32,000 nt of DNA from Geobacter metallireducens GS-15 (GTDB lineage Bacteria; Desulfobacterota; Desulfuromonadia; Geobacterales; Geobacteraceae), in the NCBI RefSeq assembly GCF_000012925.1, contig NC_007517.1:1950001-1982000 (forward strand), written 5' to 3'. Made by a program: the position numbers and the translations under genes. A model generated the notes under the pieces. That model worked only from the letters and a program-made list of their open reading frames with translations. It had not been told where the DNA came from and searched no databases. Positions 8,366 to 15,563 of this stretch are shown here, piece after piece (position 1 is the first letter of the stretch; each line of letters starts with the position of its first letter).

Positions 8366-8461
8366 ATGTTCGGCTTCAGCATTGCAGACTGGATTTTCAT
8401 TGGCCTGGTGATGGCAACGATCTTTACCTGTGTTGCCATCAGCGACATGCGGAGGAAATAA
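8366..8461 (+). CDS. candidate small membrane peptide (31 aa), below the ORF-track cutoff
   Basis: ATG at 8366 and TAA at 8459-8461. The translation MFGFSIADWIFIGLVMATIFTCVAISDMRRK is one hydrophobic helix with a basic tail. It fills the gap between the TPR gene and the next membrane protein. The SD is weak. Confidence 0.3.
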   Translation: MFGFSIADWIFIGLVMATIFTCVAISDMRRK

Positions 8462-8500
8462 CACTGATGCGTGCGGATATTCGGTATGGAAGGTAGCGAA

Positions 8501-8938
8501 ATGACGGATGAGCATGACGAGCGACGACCATTGGGGCTGGTGCTCCTTACCGGGCTCTATCTCTTCTTTTTTGTCGTGACAGTGTCCACGTATGGCAGTC
8601 CGTTTCCGTTTCTCGGCAGGATTTACCTCGGGACGGTTGCCAAGGCACTTATCTTTGTCGACAGCCTTGTCTGCCTCTATCTCTTTCTCGGGCTCATGAA
8701 ACGGCAAAACATGACCTGGTACCTGCTTATCTGCTACAACCTGTTCGAGGTAATCAACACAATCGTTAACCTGACCTTTATCACGCCGGCAGAACTGGAG
8801 CGGGTCATCGGAGAACGGATCGACCAGGAGGCGCTCATGGTCAACAACATCGCGAGCGCCCTGGCGATTCTGCTCCTGACCCAGTATATCTACCGGCACA
8901 AGCATTACTTCACGAACTCTCGGAAGTATCTCTTCTGA
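8501..8938 (+). CDS. small integral membrane protein (about 4 TM helices)
   Basis: Four hydrophobic segments: LGLVLLTGLYLFFFVVTV, AKALIFVDSLVCLYLFLGL, WYLLICYNLFEVINTIV and IASALAILLLTQYIY. The ATG at 8501 lies 7 nt after GGAAGG; alternative starts are 8471 (GTG) and 8486 (ATG). It is preferred over the antisense ORF 8354..8905. Confidence 0.65.
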   Translation: MTDEHDERRPLGLVLLTGLYLFFFVVTVSTYGSPFPFLGRIYLGTVAKALIFVDSLVCLYLFLGLMKRQNMTWYLLICYNLFEVINTIVNLTFITPAELERVIGERIDQEALMVNNIASALAILLLTQYIYRHKHYFTNSRKYLF

Positions 8939-9026
8939 CAGGGATTTGACCGGCGTATGCCGAGGTGGGTACCCCTGTTTCTGGCGCTCAGATGTGGGCA
9001 GCTAAACGTTTTACGGGAGGATAGAT

Positions 9027-9899
9027 GTGTTTTTGAAGTCATTGATGGAGCCAAAGGAGGAAGGTGGGCTTTTCCAGAAGCTCATGCACGGCCTTGCCGG
9101 TTCCATCTTCCATGGCGAACAGGCGAATTCCCGGATTGACCTGAGCGATACCCGCGGAGTATCGATCAGGATCGAGAATCTCAACAAACATTTTGGCGAC
9201 AAACATGTGCTCAGGGATGTGAACCTGGAGATTCGTTCCGGCGAAACATTCGCCATCATCGGTCCATCGGGAACCGGCAAGAGCGTTCTGCTTCGGCACA
9301 TCGTCAAACTTGTGCGCCCCGACAACGGCGAGATTTATATCGATGGGCACCCCATATTTGCCGCCAATGGCGAGGAAACGACCGCCAATTACCGTTACAG
9401 CATGGTCTTTCAGTCATCGGCCCTGTTCAACTCCCTTACCGTGGGAGAGAACGTGGGACTGTGGCTGCGGGAGAAACGCGTTTGCAAGGAACAGCGGATC
9501 GGGGAGATAATCCGCGAGAAACTGGCCATGGTGGGGCTTGAAGGGACCGAAGAGCTCAAAACCTCAGAGCTTTCGGGGGGTATGAAAAAGCGGGTCGCCA
9601 TTGCGCGGTCCCTGGCCATGAATCCAGACCTGATTCTCTATGACGAGCCCACTGCAGAGTTGGATCCGGTTACCACCGATGAGTTGGCAAATACGATTAT
9701 CAGACTCAAGGAAACGACGAAAAACACCACGGTCATCGTGACTCACGATCTCAATTTCGCCCTCTATGTTGCCGACCGGATCGCCATGATGCACGGGGGA
9801 ACCATCGTTGGAGCCGGGACTCCTGCCGAGATAAAGGCGAGCGAAAACCCTATAATCAAGGGATTCATCTATACGACTACCAAAGGGATCAAGGGGTGA
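9027..9899 (+). CDS. ABC transporter ATP-binding protein (MlaF-like by eye)
   Basis: Walker A GPSGTGKS, signature LSGGMKKRVAIARS, Walker B LILYDEPTAELD and H-loop VTHD. The GTG at 9027 lies 7 nt after GGGAGG; alternative ATGs are at 9045 and 9081. Confidence 0.9.
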   Translation: MFLKSLMEPKEEGGLFQKLMHGLAGSIFHGEQANSRIDLSDTRGVSIRIENLNKHFGDKHVLRDVNLEIRSGETFAIIGPSGTGKSVLLRHIVKLVRPDNGEIYIDGHPIFAANGEETTANYRYSMVFQSSALFNSLTVGENVGLWLREKRVCKEQRIGEIIREKLAMVGLEGTEELKTSELSGGMKKRVAIARSLAMNPDLILYDEPTAELDPVTTDELANTIIRLKETTKNTTVIVTHDLNFALYVADRIAMMHGGTIVGAGTPAEIKASENPIIKGFIYTTTKGIKG

Positions 9900-9945
9900 G
9901 CGCCGCTTTGCTGGTTTCCGGCGTACCCGGTCAGGGCAGGAATCC

Positions 9946-10959
9946 ATGAATATGCTCAACACAATTAGCGGTATTTTCACTGCTGCCGTCGTGACGACGG
10001 GCGCCCTTCTGCTCTCATCCTGCGCTGAGCTCAAGCAGGACCGTCCCCTGCTGCCGGTCCGCGAATACGAGCGGATGATCGTGGGGCGCCTCGACGCCGA
10101 GTATGTGGGAACCGACAACTGCGTCTCCAAATGCCACAAGCACGAGAAGATTGCCGATGATTTCAGGCACAGTCTGCACGGCGAGCAGATAAAGCCGGAG
10201 ACCGGCCTTCCGCTCGTCAACTGCGAGTCGTGCCATGGCCCTGGGAGTCTTGCCATAGAAAAACTCGGCGATAACGTGGAAGAAAATGACGAAAAAAAGG
10301 TGAAGTGCGACACAAGCACGTTCCTTGACATCCACAATCTCCCGACACCAGCCCAGTCACTCATCTGCCTCAAATGCCACGCGGCCGCCTCGTCGCCGAC
10401 CCTGGCCCACTGGACCGGAAGCGTTCATGCCCTGAACGACGTTGGCTGCTTTGACTGCCACAAACTACACCGAAGCCCTCGCCAGAAGGTGACCAGGGAG
10501 GAGACCGCAGAGCTCTGTTATGGCTGCCATACGGAGATCAAAGCCGAGAACAGCCTCTTTTCCCACCATCCGATCAGGGAGAAGAAGATTGCCTGCACTG
10601 ACTGCCATGATCCCCATGGCTCCGTGCAACCCCATCTCCTCAAGGGAAGCACCCCCAAGGAGCTCTGTACCCGTTGCCACATGGAGAAGCAGGGGCCCTT
10701 CGCCTTCGAGCACGGCGATGTGACCGAGAATTGCGCCACCTGCCACTCACCACACGGTTCGGTCAACAACCATCTCCTCAATGCCGCCATGCCGTTTCTC
10801 TGCCTCCAGTGCCACGGGGGGCATGTGGTTACGCTGATGCCGAATGATCCTGTAGACAAGCGTCTGTTCAACAACCGCTGCACCGACTGTCACTCACAGA
10901 TCCATGGGACCGACATACCGGCGGGGGCCAATAATAATAGGGGCAACTTCCTCCGGTAG
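9946..10959 (+). CDS. decahaem c-type cytochrome, MtrA/DmsE/PioA/MtoA family, with lipoprotein-type signal peptide
   Basis: Ten CXXCH motifs: CVSKCH, CESCH, CLKCH, CFDCH, CYGCH, CTDCH, CTRCH, CATCH, CLQCH, CTDCH. The C-terminal half aligns by eye with Shewanella MtrA (SHHPI..CTDCHDPHGS, FEHGDVTENCATCHSPHGSVN, CLQCH, CTDCHSQIHGT). The signal peptide ends in the lipobox LLSSC. Confidence 0.92.
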   Translation: MNMLNTISGIFTAAVVTTGALLLSSCAELKQDRPLLPVREYERMIVGRLDAEYVGTDNCVSKCHKHEKIADDFRHSLHGEQIKPETGLPLVNCESCHGPGSLAIEKLGDNVEENDEKKVKCDTSTFLDIHNLPTPAQSLICLKCHAAASSPTLAHWTGSVHALNDVGCFDCHKLHRSPRQKVTREETAELCYGCHTEIKAENSLFSHHPIREKKIACTDCHDPHGSVQPHLLKGSTPKELCTRCHMEKQGPFAFEHGDVTENCATCHSPHGSVNNHLLNAAMPFLCLQCHGGHVVTLMPNDPVDKRLFNNRCTDCHSQIHGTDIPAGANNNRGNFLR

Positions 10960-10992
10960 GCGGAATCCAGGCAACCGTAAGGAGTTTGTATT

Positions 10993-13098
10993 GTGATAAG
11001 GCGGGGATACATAGCAAAATTCGTGATGATGGTGGTGTGTCTTTGGGCTGCGACGGCCGTTGCGGCGGGAAGCGACGAGGCCGTTTCTGACAGCGGAACC
11101 ACTGGTCAGCCACCCGCCGTCGAAGGTGTGACCGAAGAGCAAACTTTCGAGGAACCCCCCGAGCCCCCCCCCGAGCCCCCCCCCGAGCAACCCCTCCAGA
11201 ACATGGAGATCGAGACCCATCGCATTGCGGAGGCTTCAGCCGGCTATCGCTTTGTTGGCACCCGCGACAGCGGCGTCAGGGCTGCTGAGTACGACTATCT
11301 TCATTCGAGCCTTGCGGGTGGAGCGCGCTTGACGCATCTTGGCAAGGACCTGAAGCTCGATGTGGACGGCGCCTTTCTCAATACCGAGGACTACTTCGCC
11401 AACCTCATGGCCGATTACGGCGGGTACTACCGGCTGACCGCGCGGACCGAATCGCTCTTCCATAACCTGGATCACGTGACGAGCGATTTGGGTATTTTCG
11501 ATGATCCTGATCGTGCTGCACGTTACGGCGTCTCCACCCGGCGGGACTCTATCCAGTTTCGCTACAAACTCCACGATTACCCTATCCATTTGAATCTGAG
11601 CCACTGGCTCATTGACCGGGAAGGTACGCAGCAGCGCCGCTATGCTGATTTTTCATTTGAAGATTACTATCACAATATCCTTATCCCGACTGAGCCTCCT
11701 ATTGTTCCCGGGTCAAAACTCTACTTCAGGTCACGCAGTGTTAAGCAGGTGTCCTCCGAAGGGACGGCTGGCTTCGACGCCCATCTGGGGCCGGTCAACG
11801 TCGTCTATTCCTTCCTCTTCAGGGAGTTTGACAACGGGGAGTCAACGCCTATCCATGAATACAAAGCGCTGACAGGCCCTTCCGAGCACAACGAAGACCC
11901 GGAAAGCCGCTACTATTCCCACACCGTAAAGCTTTACACGTCACCAGCAGGGGGGATTACCGGCGCAGCCTCCTATACGCATGGCAGGAGGGAGAACCTT
12001 TCTTCGCTGACGTCGGTTGTCGGAGCTGCTAATGTCAAGGACACAATCCAGAATGCAGCGGGCGATTTCACTTACTCTCCCTGCGCGTGGTTCACGACTG
12101 CCATCAAATACCGACATCTCACTATCGATCGCGATACACCGTCAACGCTGTTTATTCCCTCTCTGTCGACCCAGACGGTAACACTCCGCCAGGGTATTGA
12201 TACGCGAAAGGACACCATTTCGGCAAACCTGACCATCCGGCCCAATATGCTCATGAGCGTCAATGGCGAATATCAGGGTATCTTTCAGCACCGCAGCAAC
12301 ACCGGAACGACAGATCCCAAGACGATGTGGAATCTTCCCGAGGATTCCGATACCCATAAGGGAATCCTGACGGTACTGTTCCGCCCCATCAAGGGATTTC
12401 GGCTCAGGGGCCTTTACGAGTACACCACCACCAACAATCCCCTCTACGATTCCGACCCCGAACAGAAACATGAAGGGAGACTTCTCGCCACCTACACGAA
12501 TTCCAGCCGATGGGGCGCGTCGGCAAACTATCGCATTGCCCGGGAATGGAACGATCGCATCTCCCGGACCACTCACCCTGAACTCCTCGATAGCCCCGAG
12601 ACCTACGTTCTTCCTCGCGACCGGAATTTCGTGCATGCGTCCGTCGGCTTCTGGGTAAGCCCCATCGACCGGTTCACGGTAAGCGGCAATTTCGGATACT
12701 TGCGGACCAGGGCTGAACAGGCAGTCCTCTTTGCCACCGTTTTCAATGGTATGAATGCCGCAACCGAATATGTCTCCCAGGGCGAAATCTATTCCGTAAA
12801 CGCCGCATACCATGCCTCCGAGCAACTCGATCTCTCCCTTGCGTATCAGCTGGTCCATTCCCGCTCGACGTTCAAGCCTGGCAGGACTACCTCGGACGGT
12901 ACTCCTACCGACGGAATCAGTGAGCTTTCGCGGATAAAGACCGTGGAACATTCCCTGTCGGCCCGCGCTGACTACCGGCTAATGAAGCATTTTGGCTGTT
13001 CGTTGGATTATACTTACCGTGCATACGACAATCGGTTGTCTTCCGAAGGTGACGGAGCGGTTCATGAGGTTACCGCCCTACTAAAGACTTCGTGGTAA
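10993..13098 (+). CDS. outer-membrane beta-barrel protein, MtrB/PioB-like (701 aa)
   Basis: GTG start 8 nt after TAAGGAG. Signal peptide (VVCLWAATAVAA|GS), then an acidic Pro-rich linker, then about 600 aa of alternating Y/F/R-rich strand-like sequence ending in a terminal aromatic (LLKTSW). It lies directly downstream (33 nt) of the decahaem gene and matches MtrB/PioB-family barrels in size. Confidence 0.75.
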   Translation: MIRRGYIAKFVMMVVCLWAATAVAAGSDEAVSDSGTTGQPPAVEGVTEEQTFEEPPEPPPEPPPEQPLQNMEIETHRIAEASAGYRFVGTRDSGVRAAEYDYLHSSLAGGARLTHLGKDLKLDVDGAFLNTEDYFANLMADYGGYYRLTARTESLFHNLDHVTSDLGIFDDPDRAARYGVSTRRDSIQFRYKLHDYPIHLNLSHWLIDREGTQQRRYADFSFEDYYHNILIPTEPPIVPGSKLYFRSRSVKQVSSEGTAGFDAHLGPVNVVYSFLFREFDNGESTPIHEYKALTGPSEHNEDPESRYYSHTVKLYTSPAGGITGAASYTHGRRENLSSLTSVVGAANVKDTIQNAAGDFTYSPCAWFTTAIKYRHLTIDRDTPSTLFIPSLSTQTVTLRQGIDTRKDTISANLTIRPNMLMSVNGEYQGIFQHRSNTGTTDPKTMWNLPEDSDTHKGILTVLFRPIKGFRLRGLYEYTTTNNPLYDSDPEQKHEGRLLATYTNSSRWGASANYRIAREWNDRISRTTHPELLDSPETYVLPRDRNFVHASVGFWVSPIDRFTVSGNFGYLRTRAEQAVLFATVFNGMNAATEYVSQGEIYSVNAAYHASEQLDLSLAYQLVHSRSTFKPGRTTSDGTPTDGISELSRIKTVEHSLSARADYRLMKHFGCSLDYTYRAYDNRLSSEGDGAVHEVTALLKTSW
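11155..11187 (+). repeat. poly-C / 12-nt tandem repeat inside the barrel gene
   Basis: C6-GAG-C9-GAG-C9-GAG encodes PPEPPPEPPPE. The two nine-base C homopolymers are at 11164-11172 and 11176-11184. Confidence 0.95.
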
Positions 13099-13105
13099 TA
13101 TTTTT

Positions 13106-14080
13106 ATGTGGCAACGCACCTTGATACTGAAACGACTCATATATATTCTGCCGGTGTTGATTTTTGCAGTCTGCGCTACACCTGCGTCCGCGGCGAGAAA
13201 GTTCGTGGCGGCTGTCCTTACCAGCGACATGCCGCGGTACAAGGAGGCCTACCGTGCCTTCGTCAAGGGACTTGCCGCCAAGGGATACGGAGAAGGTGAG
13301 GTGGAATTTGTGACCCAGACTCCGAACCCGGACCCCATCTCCTGGGCCAACAGTGTCAGAAAATTCAGCGCCCTTGACCCTGATATCCTTGTCACGTTCG
13401 GTGCGCCTGCCACAATATCGGCCACACAGGAAGTCCTCAGGATGCCGATCGTGTTCGTGGACGTGTACGGACCGGTGGAAACGGGCATTTCGCGAAGCAT
13501 GACGAAAGCAGGAGGAAATCTGTGCGGCGTCAGCTCCAAGGTGCCCATGACCACACTCATTAAGGCTATGATGGCCATACGTCCCGTTAAGACCCTTGGT
13601 ATTCTTTATAACAGCAGGGAGCGCGGTTCTTATGTCCAGATGCAGGAGATCAAGCGACTGGCCGCCCAGCAAGGATTTGCGGTGTTAGAGGCGAACGTGC
13701 CGGTTGCTTCCGGTCTCGACGCGGCATTAACCCATGTGCTGTCAAAATCCGATTGCCTCTTTGTCTCCGAGAGTTCCGTTGTGAACCGTGGGATGGATAA
13801 GGTAATGCACAAGGCCATGAGAGCTAAGGTTCCGGTCATTTCTCTCGCACCTGATGCGGCAGGGAAGGGGGCCTTGGTATCCCTGGAGGTGAGCCCCACG
13901 GAACAGGGACAACTGGCTGCCAACCACGTGGCCAAGATTCTTTCGGGGATGAAACCGGGAGATCTTCCGATTCTTACGCCCCGCAAAGTCGATCTTGTAA
14001 TCAATCTGGAAAGCGCGAAATCCCTTGACCTTCAGGTTCCGTTCCGTGTATTGAGTCTTGCCACGAAGGTGATCAAGTGA
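13106..14080 (+). CDS. periplasmic binding protein, ABC_sub_bind/COG2984-like
   Basis: Signal peptide (LIFAVCATPASA|AR). Type-I PBP-like blocks are DILVTFGAPATISA, MPIVFVDVYGP, GGNLCGVSS, LGILYNSRERGS and PVISLAPD. Confidence 0.8.
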   Translation: MWQRTLILKRLIYILPVLIFAVCATPASAARKFVAAVLTSDMPRYKEAYRAFVKGLAAKGYGEGEVEFVTQTPNPDPISWANSVRKFSALDPDILVTFGAPATISATQEVLRMPIVFVDVYGPVETGISRSMTKAGGNLCGVSSKVPMTTLIKAMMAIRPVKTLGILYNSRERGSYVQMQEIKRLAAQQGFAVLEANVPVASGLDAALTHVLSKSDCLFVSESSVVNRGMDKVMHKAMRAKVPVISLAPDAAGKGALVSLEVSPTEQGQLAANHVAKILSGMKPGDLPILTPRKVDLVINLESAKSLDLQVPFRVLSLATKVIK

Positions 14081-14120
14081 TTCAGCGTGATAATGGGTTG
14101 GTGTGCCGATAGAGGTATTG

Positions 14121-14507
14121 ATGGGAAAGATTCTGATCGTTGATGACGATAAGGCGTTTTCGCAATTTCTCAAACGATATATTAATCAGCATTATCCAGT
14201 ACTCAAGGTGCAGATCTGCACGAGTCCGGTCCGAGCCCTTCCGATAATTAGCAAGGGTGATGTTGATCTGCTTCTGGTTGACTATGAAATGCCGGTGCTC
14301 GACGGGGATAAGGTCGTCAAGTACGCATGTGAAGTAGGGATGGACAAGAGCAGGATAATCGTACTTTCCAGCCGTGACGCGGATTTTCTCCATGAGCATT
14401 TCCCCCTGGGGACCTGTCTCGCAGTGATGAACAAGTACGAAGCACGGCAGAAGGCCGTGCTCGACATGGTATTCAGTTCACTTCAGCGCAAGGCGGCGGG
14501 GAGATAA
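14121..14507 (+). CDS. single-domain response regulator (CheY-like receiver)
   Basis: The ATG at 14121 follows GAGG. Acidic pocket ILIVDDD, phospho-acceptor context LLLVDYEMPVLDG, IIVLSS and a conserved Lys in VMNKY. There is no output domain. Confidence 0.85.
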   Translation: MGKILIVDDDKAFSQFLKRYINQHYPVLKVQICTSPVRALPIISKGDVDLLLVDYEMPVLDGDKVVKYACEVGMDKSRIIVLSSRDADFLHEHFPLGTCLAVMNKYEARQKAVLDMVFSSLQRKAAGR

Positions 14508-14535
14508 GGATAATTCCGTGCAGGAGGATCTGCCG

Positions 14536-14928
14536 ATGGGAGCAAAAGAGATTACGGTTGTGTTTTACCGTCAGAATCACATGAGAGACAACTGGAAAGT
14601 GGATCTCGACGGTGTTGAGGCGGAACGTTTCTTCGGCAAGCTGGAGGGAGACCTCTCCCGTGCCGGGGTCGTACTGAAGAGATCCCGCAACGAAGCCTTT
14701 ACCATAGACATCAACAGCTATGCCGACCTGTTAAATGCGGTAAGAATTTCCTCACCCGCTGATGGCTTCGGTAGCGTCTGCATCGGGCACATAATCGGGC
14801 AAAGCCAGAATCTCGACATTATGGACGACATCCGACGTGCCGTGATGAGAATCGCCTTTGCGCCGGAGACTGTTCCTCCAGAGGACCATAACCGGAAGGT
14901 ATGTCACAACTGCGGTTGTGGCTGTTGA
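14536..14928 (+). CDS. hypothetical cytoplasmic protein with C-terminal CHNCGCGC tail
   Basis: The ATG at 14536 lies 8 nt after AGGAGG. The 130-aa product has no signal peptide and no family I recognise. The last eight residues contain four Cys and one His. Confidence 0.65.
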   Translation: MGAKEITVVFYRQNHMRDNWKVDLDGVEAERFFGKLEGDLSRAGVVLKRSRNEAFTIDINSYADLLNAVRISSPADGFGSVCIGHIIGQSQNLDIMDDIRRAVMRIAFAPETVPPEDHNRKVCHNCGCGC

Positions 14929-14941
14929 GCACTATGCTGAG

Positions 14942-15424
14942 TCAGTCCTGGAGCGGCGTCACAGGCACAATGCTTGCGGAGAGGGTGCCGTTTTCAAGTG
15001 AAAGAAGAGCGAAGCTCGGTTTGCTGAATCCCCTTTTGAGGCAACCGGGGTTAACGTAGAGTATTCCATCGATCGTGGTGACGGTGGGGACGTGAGTATG
15101 GCCATAGAATACTGCATCGGCCTTCTCTTCGGCAGCCCTCGTGGTAAGCTTGTCCAAGCCTCCCTTCACGCCGTAACGGTCGCCGTGGGTGAGGAGAAAC
15201 TTCATTCCTTCAAGCGACAATAAGGATTCCCGGGGAGAGTCTGTCGAGAAATCGCAGTTACCGAGAACCTTGATGACGGTTTTGCCGCACAACAACTCCA
15301 GAAAAATGGCATCATCGGTGTCGTCGCCCAGGTGAAAGATGTGGTCCACGTCGCCAGCCAGGTCAAAGGCGCGGGCGAGAAGGGTATGATTGCCGTGGGT
15401 ATCTGAAAAAATCGCAATTTTCAT
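14942..15424 (-). CDS. YfcE/MJ0936-family metallophosphoesterase
   Basis: Calcineurin-like motifs are SDTHGN, HLGDD, GNCD, LTHGD and YGHTH. Confidence 0.85.
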   Translation of the reverse strand: MKIAIFSDTHGNHTLLARAFDLAGDVDHIFHLGDDTDDAIFLELLCGKTVIKVLGNCDFSTDSPRESLLSLEGMKFLLTHGDRYGVKGGLDKLTTRAAEEKADAVFYGHTHVPTVTTIDGILYVNPGCLKRGFSKPSFALLSLENGTLSASIVPVTPLQD

Positions 15425-15563
15425 TTTTTTATTGTAACAAACACCCCCCCCTCACAGTCAAAAGAATATTGTCCTCCATTCATGTCTGTAAACGGTTGCC
15501 GATGAAGTTTCCGCATCCGGATGAGGGGGACCATACTGACGCTCAGTCCCTGCGGAGAATCCC

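Noticed and set aside
8354-8905. 183-aa ORF on the - strand.
   Set aside because: It is antisense to a + strand ORF encoding clear TM helices, and to the small peptide ORF. Its translation has no recognisable features, and the surrounding genes are all on the + strand.
15424-15452. T7 and C8 homopolymers in the yfcE/sppA divergent promoter region, as a phase-variation switch.
   Set aside because: Neither tract lies between recognisable -35 and -10 elements, and C7-C8 runs recur elsewhere in this window (for example near 17465 and 28308). They are probably compositional.
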